DNA of 64,000 nucleotides from Nemertoderma westbladi (lineage: Eukaryota; Animalia; Xenacoelomorpha): assembly GCA_032718475.1 (NCBI GenBank), contig JAUCBJ010009066.1, positions 1 to 64,000 on the forward strand, in the 5' to 3' direction. Positions 53,301 to 64,000 of the stretch are shown piece after piece. A model generated the notes under the pieces. The model was not told the origin of the DNA, did no database searches, and saw nothing but the letters and a program-made list of their open reading frames with translations. The position numbers and the translations under genes are program-made. Each line of letters opens with the position of its first letter. Position 1 is the stretch's first letter.

Positions 53301-54600
53301 GGGTATTAACTGTTGTAAATGGACCGATATCTTTACTCACCTGGGTATTAACTGTTGTAAATGGACCGATATCTTTACTCACCCGGGTATTAACTGTTGT
53401 AAATGGACCGATATCTTTACTCACCTGGGTATTAACTGTTGTAAATGGACCGATATCTTTACTCACCCGGGTATTAACTGTTGTAAATGGACCGATATCT
53501 TTACTCACCTGGGTATTAACTGTTGTAAATGGACCGATATCTTTACTCACCCGGGTATTAACTGTTGTAAATGGACCGATATCTTTACTCACCTGGGTAT
53601 TAACTGTTGTAAATGGACCGATATCTTTACTCACCCGGGTATTAACTGTTGTAAATGGACCGATATCTTTACTCACCTGGGTATTAACTGTTGTAAATGG
53701 ACCGATATCTTTACTCACCCGGGTATTAACTGTTGTAAATGGACCGATATCTTTACTCACCTGGGTATTAACTGTTGTAAATGGACCGATATCTTTACTC
53801 ACCTGGGTATTAACTGTTGTAAATGGACCGATATCTTTACTCACCCGGGTATTAACTGTTGTAAATGGACCGATATCTTTACTCACCTGGGTATTAACTG
53901 TTGTAAATGGACCGATATCTTTACTCACCTGGGTATTAACTGTTGTAAATGGACCGATATCTTTACTCACCTGGGTATTAACTGTTGTAAATGGACCGAT
54001 ATCTTTACTCACCTGGGTATTAACTGTTGTAAATGGACCGATATCTTTACTCACCCGGGTATTAACTGTTGTAAATGGACCGATATCTTTACTCACCTGG
54101 GTATTAACTGTTGAAAATGGACCGATATCTTTACTCACCTGGGTATTAACTGTTGTAAATGGACCGATATCTTTACTCACCCGGGTATTAACTGTTGTAA
54201 ATGGACCGATATCTTTACTCACCTGGGTATTAACTGTTGTAAATGGACCGATATCTTTACTCACCTGGGTATTAACTGTTGTAAATGGACCGATATCTTT
54301 ACTCACCTGGGTATTAACTGTTGTAAATGGACCGATATCTTTATTCACCTGGGTATTATATAACTGTTGTAAATGGACCGATATCTTTACTCACCCGGGT
54401 ATTAACTGTTGTAAATGGACCGATATCTTTACTCACCTGGGTATTAACTGTTGTAAATGGACCGATATCTTTACTCACCTGGGTATTAACTGTTGTAAAT
54501 GGACCGATATCTTTACTCACCTGGGTATTAACTGTTGTAAATGGACCGATAGGCCTATATTTACTCACCAGGGTATTAACTGTTGAAAATGGACCGATAT
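32378..54600 (-). repeat. 42-bp satellite made of the USP exon end plus its 5' splice site (about 500+ copies)
   Basis: Sense unit ATATCGGTCCATTTACAACAGTTAATACCCAG|GTGAGTAAAG matches the exon end ATATCGGTCCATTTTCAACAGTTAATACCCTG|GTGAGTAAA at 54600-54560. Confidence 0.97.
46346..46445. other. Assembly gap (100 N)
   Basis: Run of N. The true array length is therefore unknown. Confidence 1.
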
Positions 54601-54746
54601 TGATATTTTCCAAATATTTAACTCTCCTGGTGTCTTTCCTAACGATTCCAGGGAAATTTGATTTAAACCTTTTTAAATGAAGGATTAACACATTGGGCGG
54701 CTGGTGGATGAGCACTCGCTTAGTTGCGTTCACTTTATGGCGACAT
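54569..54746 (-). CDS. USP36/42-like exon (catalytic domain)
   Basis: Acceptor acgcag|A. Reads CRHKVNATKRVLIHQPPNVLILHLKRF...VKYLENINIGPF. Donor CTG|GTGAGT; phase 2 to 0. Confidence 0.93.
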
Positions 54747-54895
54747 CTGCGTATAGATTAATAGCGAATAATTAATAATTATTCAAATGATAAATTAAAT
54801 TTAAAAAATTAAATAATACAATGATAGCGTATTGATAAAAACGAATAACTATATGTTAGTCTCGCACTTGTACAATTCAATAATTCATTAGGGAT

Positions 54896-57800
54896 GTTAC
54901 CCCGAGGTATGTTTGTCACGCACCTGTACACTCGAGGTATGTTTGTCACGCACCTGTAACCCCGAGGTATGTTTGTCACGCACCTGTACACTCGAGGTAT
55001 GTTTGTCACGCACCTGTAACCCCGAGGTATGTTTGTCACGCACCTGTAACCCCGAGGTATGTTTGTCACGCACCTGTACATTAGAGGTATGTTTGTCACG
55101 CACCTGTAACCCCGAGGTATGTTTGTCACGCACCTGTAAACTCGAGGTATGTTTATCACGCACCTGTACATTAGAGGTATGTTTATCACGCACCAGTAAC
55201 CCCCAGGTATGTTTGTCACGCACCTGTAACCCCGAGGTATGTTTGTCACGCACCTGTACATTAGAGGTATGTTTGTCACGCACCTGTACATTAGAGGTAT
55301 GTTTGTCACGCACCTGTAAACTCGAGGTATGTTTGTCACGCACATGTAACCCCGAGGTATGTTTGTCACGCACCTGTAACCCCGAGGTATGTTTGTCACG
55401 CACCTGTAACCCCGAGGTATGTTTGTCACGCACCTGTACATTAGAGGTATGTTTGTCACGCACCTGTAAACTCGAGGTATGTTTGTCACGCACATGTAAC
55501 CCCGAGGTATGTTTGTCACACACCTGTAACCCCGAGGTATGTTTGTCACGCACCTGTACATTAGAGGTATGTTTGTCACGCACCTGTACATTAGAGGTAT
55601 GTTTGTCACGCACCTGTAACCCCGAGGTATGTTTGTCACGCACATGTAACCCCGAGGTATGTTTGTCACGCACCTGTAACCCCGAGGTATGTTTGTCACG
55701 CACCTGTACATTAGATGTATGTTTGTCACGCACCTGTACATTAGAGGTATGTTTGTCACGCACCTGTAAACTCGAGGTATGTTTGTCACGCACATGTAAC
55801 CCCGAGGTATGTTTGTCACGCACCTGTAACCCCGAGGTATGTTTGTCACGCACCTGTAACCCCGAGGTATGTTTGTCACGCACCTGTACATTAGAGGTAT
55901 GTTTGTCACGCACCTGTAAACTCGAGGTATGTTTGTCACGCACATGTAACCCCGAGGTATGTTTGTCACGCACCTGTACATTAGAGGTATGTTTGTCACG
56001 CACCTGTAACCCCGAGGTATGTTTGTCACGCACATGTAACCCCGAGGTATGTTTGTCACGCACCTGTAACCCCGAGGTATGTTTGTCACGCACCTGTACA
56101 TTAGAGGTATGTTTGTCACGCACCTGTACATTAGAGGTATGTTTGTCACGCACCTGTAAACTCGAGGTATGTTTGTCACGCACATGTAACCCCGAGGTAT
56201 GTTTGTCACGCACCTGTAACCCCGAGGTATGTTTGTCACGCACCTGTAACCCCGAGGTATGTTTGTCACGCACCTGTACATTAGAGGTATGTTTGTCACG
56301 CACCTGTAAACTCGAGGTATGTTTGTCACGCACATGTAACCCCGAGGTATGTTTGTCACGCACCTGTAACCCCGAGGTATGTTTGTCACGCACCTGTACA
56401 TTAGAGGTATGTTTGTCACGCACCTGTACATTAGAGGTATGTTTGTCACGCACCTGTAACCCCGAGGTATGTTTGTCACGCACATGTAACCCCGAGGTAT
56501 GTTTGTCACGCACCTGTAACCCCGAGGTATGTTTGTCACGCACCTGTACATTAGATGTATGTTTGTCACGCACCTGTACACTCGAGGTATGTTTGTCACG
56601 CACCTGTAACCCCGAGGTATGTTTGTCACGCACCTGTAACCCCGAGGTATGTTTGTCACGCACCTGTACATTAGAGGTATGTTTGTCACGCACCTGTACA
56701 CTCGCGGTATGTTTGTCACGCACCTGTAAACTCGAGGTATGTTTATCACGCACCTGTACATTAGAGGTATGTTTATCACGCACCAGTAACCCCCAGGTAT
56801 GTTTGTCACGCACCTGTAACCCCGAGGTATGTTTGTCACGCACCTGTACATTAGAGGTATGTTTGTCACGCACCTGTACATTAGAGGTATGTTTGTCACG
56901 CACCTGTAAACTCGAGGTATGTTTATCACGCACCTGTACATTAGAGGTATGTTTATCACGCACCAGTAACCCCCAGGTATGTTTGTCACGCACATGTAAC
57001 CCCGAGGTATGTTTGTCACGCACCTGTACACTCGAGGTATGTTTGTCACGCACCTGTACACTCGAGGTATGTTTGTCATGCACCAGTAACCCCAGGTATG
57101 TTTGTCACGCACCAGTAACCCCCAGGTATGTTTGCCACGCACATGTCACACTGAGGTATGTTTGTCACGCACCAGTAACCCCCAGGTATGTTTGTCACGC
57201 ACCAGTTACCCCCAGGTATGTTTGTCACGCACCAGTAACCCCCAGGTATGTTTGCCACGCACATGTCACACTGAGGTATGTTTGTCACGCACCTGTTACC
57301 CCCAGGTATGTTTGTCACGCACCTGTTACCCCCAGGTATGTTTGTCACGCACCAGTAACCCCCAGGTATGTTTGTCACGCACCTGTTACCCCCAGGTATG
57401 TTTGTCACGCACCAGTAACCCCCAGGTATGTTTGTCACGCACCTGTTACCCCCAGGTATGTTTGTCACGCACCAGTAACCCCCAGGTATGTTTGTCACGC
57501 ACCAGTTACCCCCAGGTATGTTTGTCACGCACCAGTAACCCCCAGGTATGTTTGCCACGCACATGTCACACTGAGGTATGTTTGTCACGCACCTGTTACC
57601 CCCAGGTATGTTTGTCACGCACCTGTTACCCCCAGGTATGTTTGTCACGCACCAGTAACCCCCAGGTATGTTTGTCACGCCCCTGTTACCCCCAGGTATG
57701 TTTGTCACGTACCAGTAACCCCCAGGTATGTTTGTCACGCACCTGTTACCCCCAGGTATGTTTGTCACGCACCAGTAACCCCCAGGTATGTTTGTCACGC

Positions 57801-58682
57801 ACCTGTTACCCCCAGGTATGTTTGTCACGCACCAGTAACCCCCAGGTATGTTTGTCACGCACCTGTTACCCCCAGGTATGTTTGTCACGCACCAGTAACC
57901 CCCAGGTATGTTTGTCACGCACCTGTTACCCCCAGGTATGTTTGTCACGCACCAGTAACCCCCAGGTATGTTTGTCACGCACCTGTTACCCCCAGGTATG
58001 TTTGTCACGCACCAGTAACCCCCAGGTATGTTTGTCACGCACCTGTTACCCCCAGGTATGTTTGTCACGCACCAGTAACCCCCAGGTATGTTTGTCACGC
58101 ACCAGTAACCACCAGGTATGTTTGTCACGCACCTGTTACCCCCAGGTATGTTTGTCACGCACCAGTAACCCCCAGGTATGTTTGTCACGCACCTGTTACC
58201 CCCAGGTATGTTTGTCACGCACCAGTAACCCCCAGGTATGTTTGTCACGCACCTGTTACCCCCAGGTATGTTTGTCACGCACCTGTTACCCCCAGGTATG
58301 TTTGTCACGCACCTGTTACCCCCAGGTATGTTTGTCACGCACCAGTAACCCCCAGGTATGTTTGTCACGCACCTGTTACCCCCAGGTATGTTTGTCACGC
58401 ACCAGTAACCCCCAGGTATGTTTGTCACGCACCTGTTACCCCCAGGTATGTTTGTCACGCACCAGTAACCCCCAGGTATGTTTGTCACGCACCAGTTACC
58501 CCCAGGTATGTTTGTCACGCACCTGTTACCCCCAGGTATGTTTGTCACGCACCAGTAACCCCCAGGTATGTTTGTCACGCACCTGTTACCCCCAGGTATG
58601 TTTGTCACGCACCAGTAAACCCCAGGTATGATTGTCACGCACCAGTAACCCCCAGGTATGATTGTCACGCACCTGTCACATT
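54896..58682 (-). repeat. 30-bp satellite spanning the USP exon/donor junction (about 125 copies)
   Basis: Sense unit ...[AACAG/TACTG/TACAG]|GTGCGTGACAAACATACCT.. matches the true junction GACAG|GTGCGTGACAATCATACCT at 58673. Confidence 0.97.
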
Positions 58683-58879
58683 GATACTGGTTGTTCCCAT
58701 AGAGTCGCGTAGATATAGCGAACATCCTCAGCAGTTCGATTATATTTACCGGATGGTCCGACTTGGGTAAATCCAAACTGAGTTGGGTGAACACTTCGTA
58801 AGTGTTCGACTTATAATGGCACTCACCACAGACAACCTGGGAGCGCATAGTACCCGCAAATATATCCCGCAAAGCTGAT
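58673..58879 (-). CDS. USP36/42-like exon (zinc-binding fingers subdomain)
   Basis: Acceptor ttttag|A. Reads SALRDIFAGTMRSQVVCGECHYKSNTYEVFTQLSLDL...NQYQCDR. Donor AG|GTGCGT; phase 2 to 2. Confidence 0.92.
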
Positions 58880-59415
58880 CTAAAAAATTTAAAAAAGCCG
58901 AAACATATTATTAATAATAAGAATAATAAGGTGTTGTTACCGACCCGGGGCTTCTCGCAATGTTATTATTTTGCTGTAATCACCTAGCAACGGCGTTGTT
59001 CATTAAATTGATTATCGATGATTTTCGATTAAAACAAATATATAAGAACATGTTAAATTAACAATGTATTATTCTAATTGGGGGAGTGGATGGGGACTTT
59101 CGATCGATTATTTTCGTAACTATTTTCGATCGATTAACGATTTTCGATCACCTTTGGACAACCAAGTAAATTAGTTGGGTATCACATCACGGTTTTTAAA
59201 GTATGTCGTTAATTAAACTCAATATAGAAAATAATGTGTATGTACCGGTAGATACAGGGAATTATTTTGTTCTTTTTTTTTTTTAGAATATTGGCCTTTA
59301 AAGCCAATAATTATCCTAACGTGGTTCCCATTCCTTGCCAGACCCCCCCCCCCCCCCCCCCTTCCTACTCGACGCCTCTACCTGATTTTCCCCCTCTCCA
59401 CCTGATCCCCCCTAC

Positions 59416-59632
59416 CTGGTTTTCCCATTCGCGTGTACTATAAGCGATTTGGACAGAGCGTCCAGCATGTAGACCAAATACTCGTGGGCGTCCTCCTCAC
59501 CACCGACGTGCATGTTGCGACACAAGGAGGACAATGACGCCACTAGCGGCTTGGGGAGGAATGCGGATTGGTTGGAATGGAGTTGTTCGCAGACCCGTGT
59601 CATATTGCAAGCGTGGCAGGGTTGGCGGTTGC
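59416..59632 (-). CDS. USP36/42-like exon (QED box region)
   Basis: Acceptor tcctag|GC. Reads PCHACNM...MHVGGEEDAHEYLVYMLDAL. Donor AG|GTAGG; phase 1 to 2. Upstream Cys-box exons are not in the window. Confidence 0.92.
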
Positions 59633-60107
59633 CTAGGATACAGGCCATACTGAGCATTAAATTAATTTCCAAACAATTATATAATATGTAATAATACCTA
59701 TATACTATTTTATTCATTCTAAACATGTGGTATATAAATTATACAATACATAAATAGGGCCTACTATATAATCATTAAATATATAAAATATCGTTTTTGC
59801 CATTCAATTATTACTTTAAATTACCGGTATTCATTAATTAAGAAATTATATATTATTAGGCCTAGTTCCCCATTAAACTAATAATAAAAGTTCTGAAGTT
59901 ATCATAAACATATATAAATAAAGAGGCCCCAACTCTGCAACTATGAGGATGAGGAATTACATCCGTAATATGTTTATCTGTTTGTATAATATAAATATAT
60001 ATACTAAGTATAGTAAAAATATTATACTATAGTAAAATAATAATATGTTAATCATACCTATTATTACAGCAGTACATGACACAGGTAGGTAGGCGATAGT
60101 TGCAGAG

Positions 60108-63100
60108 CAGTAGGGAACATACCCTTAAATAAGCTCCAAAAGTGGGTTCTTATTTAAGGAAAATGGCTCTTATTTAGGGGTTTTTGGGCCTTTTTTGGAT
60201 ATTTTTTCGATATAATATGCAATAACTTGTTTCAGGAAAAAATACCGCATAATTTTATTTCACAATGTAAAAGTTGGGTCTTTCTTGAACATAAAGCAAA
60301 AAACCAGAAAACATTTCACCGTCCGGTTTTTTTTCTACAAGCGTTTTAAAATTGCATCAAAAATACGACCAGTTCCTAAATAAGAGGGATTTTTTAAATT
60401 TACCTTATTTAAGACATCGAAATTGTACACAAATACTAATAGTCCTTAAATAAGAACTTTTTGACATGGGTTTCTTATTTAGGTATACAATTTCATTCCA
60501 AAATCTGCATACTCCTTAAATAAATTAAATATTTCTCATTTCTCACAGAGAGTAGAAGCAGTTCCGCGACAATAATAATATTGCTCCTCAAAAGTACTTT
60601 GTGTACAGTATGTGTTACACTTCTTTCATAATTCTTTGATTTACAGATTTATGTCAGTCTGTATAATGCTAATTGTTGGGTTAAGGATAAGGACAATGGT
60701 TGCACTGCACTCTATAAATCCTCTATAGAATATCGTATCATTATGAAGTTGCTAGCACTGGCATTCTTACCTCACACGGTAGCATAGAATAGCCCATTGA
60801 TATTCAAAAGAATAGCCCATCGCCCATCTGAGCGCACATACATTGTCACGTATTTCGATGAAACATGACTCAAGTAACTGGACATCGCCGCACAGTTTCG
60901 AAAAACTAACTTGTGTCCTGCATTTCCTCTTCTGCTCCGCGTTACGCCCCACTTAGATGGATTGTCCAAAATGTTGTACTTGAAAGGTGTGAAAAAAGTG
61001 AAAAACCAATGTCAATGTCATGTCAATAGGCACAAAGATGGTTCGTTTGGGCAGCTGATAGACGTTATGAAGGTTAAAGATGATGACTGGATGACGTTTT
61101 GGCTCAACTAGCTCAGGCAGGAGTGGGACACGTTCGTGGGACCTTTGCGCAGCATGAAGTGAGCAAAGCCTTAGCTAGCCCTAGCTGATAGGGGCCCCAC
61201 CCCATTTACATGTTGTCTTTCGTTAGTCAGAGGTCGTTCAACACAATACTCGTCTCCTTAATTTGCCTCATTGCGTTCGTTTGTTTTTTTACCAAACTTC
61301 AGATTATTTCTAATCTTTTGACAGACTACATACTGACATACATACAAAGTTTCGTTTAATTTCATCAAGGAATGACCGTGTTATTACCGATAAAAAATTT
61401 ACAACGACGACAGACAACTCGTTAATAGCACCCATATGCTAAGGCTTCGCTCACTTGAACGTGGCTCTCCCCCACATTCAATCCGGTTCGACGCAGTTTG
61501 TTGCTCATTGCTGCTCGTTGTGCTTTATTATTTCTCATTGTTGCTCGTTGTTGGTCATTGTTGCTTGTTGGTGCTCATTGTTGCTCGTTAGTTGTACCTT
61601 ATTATTGCTCGTTGTTGCTCGTTGTACTCTATTATTGCTCGTTGTTGCTCATTATTGCTCATTGTTACTCATTGTTGCTCGTTGTTGTACTTTATTATTG
61701 CTCGTTCAATCGTTGTTCCTCATTGTTGCTCGTTGTTGTACTTTATTATTGCTCATTGTTGGTCATTGTTGCTTGTTGGTGCTCATTGTTGCTCGTTAGT
61801 TGTACTTTATTATTGCTCGTTGTTGCTCATTGTACTCTATTATTGCTCGTTGTTGCTCATTATTGCTCATTGTTACTCATTGTTGCTCGTTGTTGTTCTT
61901 TATTATTGCTCATTGTTGCTCAGTGTTTCTCATTGTTGCTCGTTGTTGCTCAATGTTACTCGTCGTTACTCATTGTCATTGTTGCTCATTGTTACTCGTT
62001 GTTCCTCATGTCCTAATTATGGGTCGTTGTTTCTCGATATTGTAATTTATTATTGCTCATTGTTGCTCGTTGTTTCTCAATGTTGCTCGTTGTTGTACTT
62101 TATTATTGCTCGTTCAGTCATTGTTCCTCATAGTTGCTCGCTGTTTCTCATTGTTGTACTTTATTATTACTCATTGTTGCTCGGTGTTTCTCAATGTTAC
62201 TCGTTGTTGCTCATTGTTGCTCGTTGTTGCTCATTATTACTTATTGTTACTCGTTGTTGCTCATTGTTGCTCGTTGTTGTACTTTATTATTGCTCATTTA
62301 GTCGTTGTTCCTCATTGTTGCTCGCTGTTTCTCGTTGTTGCTCATTGTTGTACTTTATTATTACTCATTGTTGCTCGGTGTTTCTCAATGTTACTCGTTG
62401 TTGCTCATTGTTGCTCGTTGTTACTCATTATTACTCATTGTTACTCGTTGTTGCTCATTGTTGCTCGTTGTTGTACTTTATTATTGCTCATTCAGTCGTT
62501 GTTCCTCATTGTCAGATTGTTGCTCGCTGTTTCTCGTTGTTGCTCATTGTTGTACTTTATTATTACTCATTGTTGCTCGGTGTTTCTCAATGTTACTCGT
62601 TGTTGCTCATTGTTGCTCGTTCAGTCGTTGTTCCTCATTATTGCTCATTGTTGTTCGTTGTTTCTCGCTGTTGCCCATTGTTGCTCGTTGTTGTACTTTA
62701 TTATTGCTCATTTTTGCTCGTTGTTGCTCATTGTTTCTCATTGTTGCTCAATGTTACTCGTAGTAGGCCTAGTCGTAGTTGCTCATTGTTACTCGTTGTT
62801 GCTCATTGTTGCTCGTTCAGTCGTCGTTCCTCATTATTGCTCGTTGTTGTTCTTTATTATTGCTCAATGTTACTCGTTGTTGCTAATTGTTGCTCGTTGT
62901 TGCTCATTGTTTTGTTACTCATTGTTCATTTGTTGCTCGTTGTTGCTTATTGTTGGTCATTGTTGCTCGTTGTGCATTTTTGCACCTATCCAATTAAGCT
63001 CAGAAGCTCCCTTATCTCTGCATCTTGCAATGTCCTGTCAAGGTTAGGCAGGTAGGAGGTCATAACTGTCATAAGCAGATAAGGGCAGAAGGAGGACGGG

Positions 63101-63827
63101 GCTGGGAGACGAGGCTATAAGAGACATTATACAGTTATATAAGGATATTTAATTTAATTTATTTAATTTAATATATGAGAAATGAGGGCAGTATTGGTTG
63201 ACAGGAGATACGCAATGCGTATCCCATTGCGCCTCATAATAGCCTCTCGTCAACAAGTCAACCCCATCGACTAGCGGCACTGGCTATTTCAGCTGACGGG
63301 GCTCTGTCGAAAAACGCGTCCCTGATGCAGTAAGGGCCCTCTTTTGAGGAGCAATATTATTATTGTCGCGGAACTGCTTCTACTCTCTGTGAGAAATGAG
63401 AAATATTTAATTTATTTAAGGAGTATGCAGATTTCGGAATGAAATTGTATACCTAAATAAGAAACCCATGTCAAAAAGTTCTTATTTAAGGACTTTTAGT
63501 ATTTGTGTACAATTTCGATGTCTTAAATAAGGTAAATTTAAAAAATCCCTCTTATTTAGGAACTGGTCGTATTTTTGATGCAATTTTAAAACGCTTGTAG
63601 AAAAAAAACCGGACGGTGAAATGTTTTCTGTTTTTTTGCATTATGTTCAAGAAAGAACCAACTTTTATATTGTGAAATAAAATTATGCGGTATTTTTTAC
63701 TGAAACAAGTTCTTGCATATTATGTCGAAAAAATATCCAAAAAAGGCCCAAAAACCCCTAAATAAGAGCCATTTTCCTTAAATAAGAACCCACTTTTGGA
63801 GCTTATTTAAGGGTATGTTCCCTACTG
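60108..63827. mobile_element. Non-autonomous DNA transposon with 487-bp TIRs
   Basis: 60108-60594 and 63341-63827 are near-identical inverted repeats starting CAGTAGGGAACATACCC. CAGAG is duplicated on both flanks (60103-60107, 63828-63832). Confidence 0.9.
61495..62975. repeat. Degenerate ~10-bp satellite inside the TIR element
   Basis: (ttgttgctc[a/g])n with tgtactttatta variants. Confidence 0.92.
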
Positions 63828-64000
63828 CAGAGTGTGGAGTGGAGAAGCGGGGAAGATCTGCCGAGCTTGCTACTGCGCATGTCTGCCTGCCTGCATGTCA
63901 GCTTGTAGGTAGTGCAGGTATTTGTATTATATAGCAGTATAGGCCTAACAAGCTAAGCAAGTATAATTATTCACTCACATGTTTTTCTGTGATCAATCAA

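Noticed and set aside
32378-58682. Dozens of long repetitive ORFs (NCCKWTDIFTHLGI, VCLSRTC, YVCHAPVTPR and others) as standalone genes
   Set aside because: They are by-products of stop-free 3n repeat units and are open in several frames on both strands. Only the frames continuous with USP exons are potentially meaningful.
20491-58682. CRISPR-like arrays
   Set aside because: Head-to-tail repeats with no unique spacers, no cas genes, and a spliceosomal-intron context.
60767-61111. Short ORFs inside the TIR element as transposase remnants
   Set aside because: No recognisable DDE or DNA-binding motifs.
61455-63055. Leu/Cys/Val-rich membrane-protein-like ORFs
   Set aside because: Translations of the ttgttgctc satellite.

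Overview
AT-rich eukaryotic (probably invertebrate animal) genomic DNA; there are no prokaryotic features. (1) A two-exon Golgi carbohydrate-sulfotransferase-like gene lies at 435-2480 (+), surrounded by RTE-clade LINE copies. (2) The 3' part of a USP36/USP42-like deubiquitinase gene can be assembled on the minus strand from 10 phase-compatible GT-AG exons (59632 down to 8851). Its catalytic Cys box is not in the window. (3) Its introns are inflated by different tandem arrays with 10, 18-19, 42 and 30 bp units. The 42-bp and 30-bp arrays are amplifications of the gene's own exon/5'-splice-site junctions, so they put hundreds of splice donors into the pre-mRNA, many of them in frame. (4) An intact CRE-clade-like RLE retrotransposon (1262-aa ORF with an N-terminal CXC-like Cys cluster) sits inside the 10-bp satellite. 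(5) A 3.7-kb element with 487-bp TIRs, several MITEs and a 100-N assembly gap are also present. All calls come from manual reading and motif recall; no searches were run.
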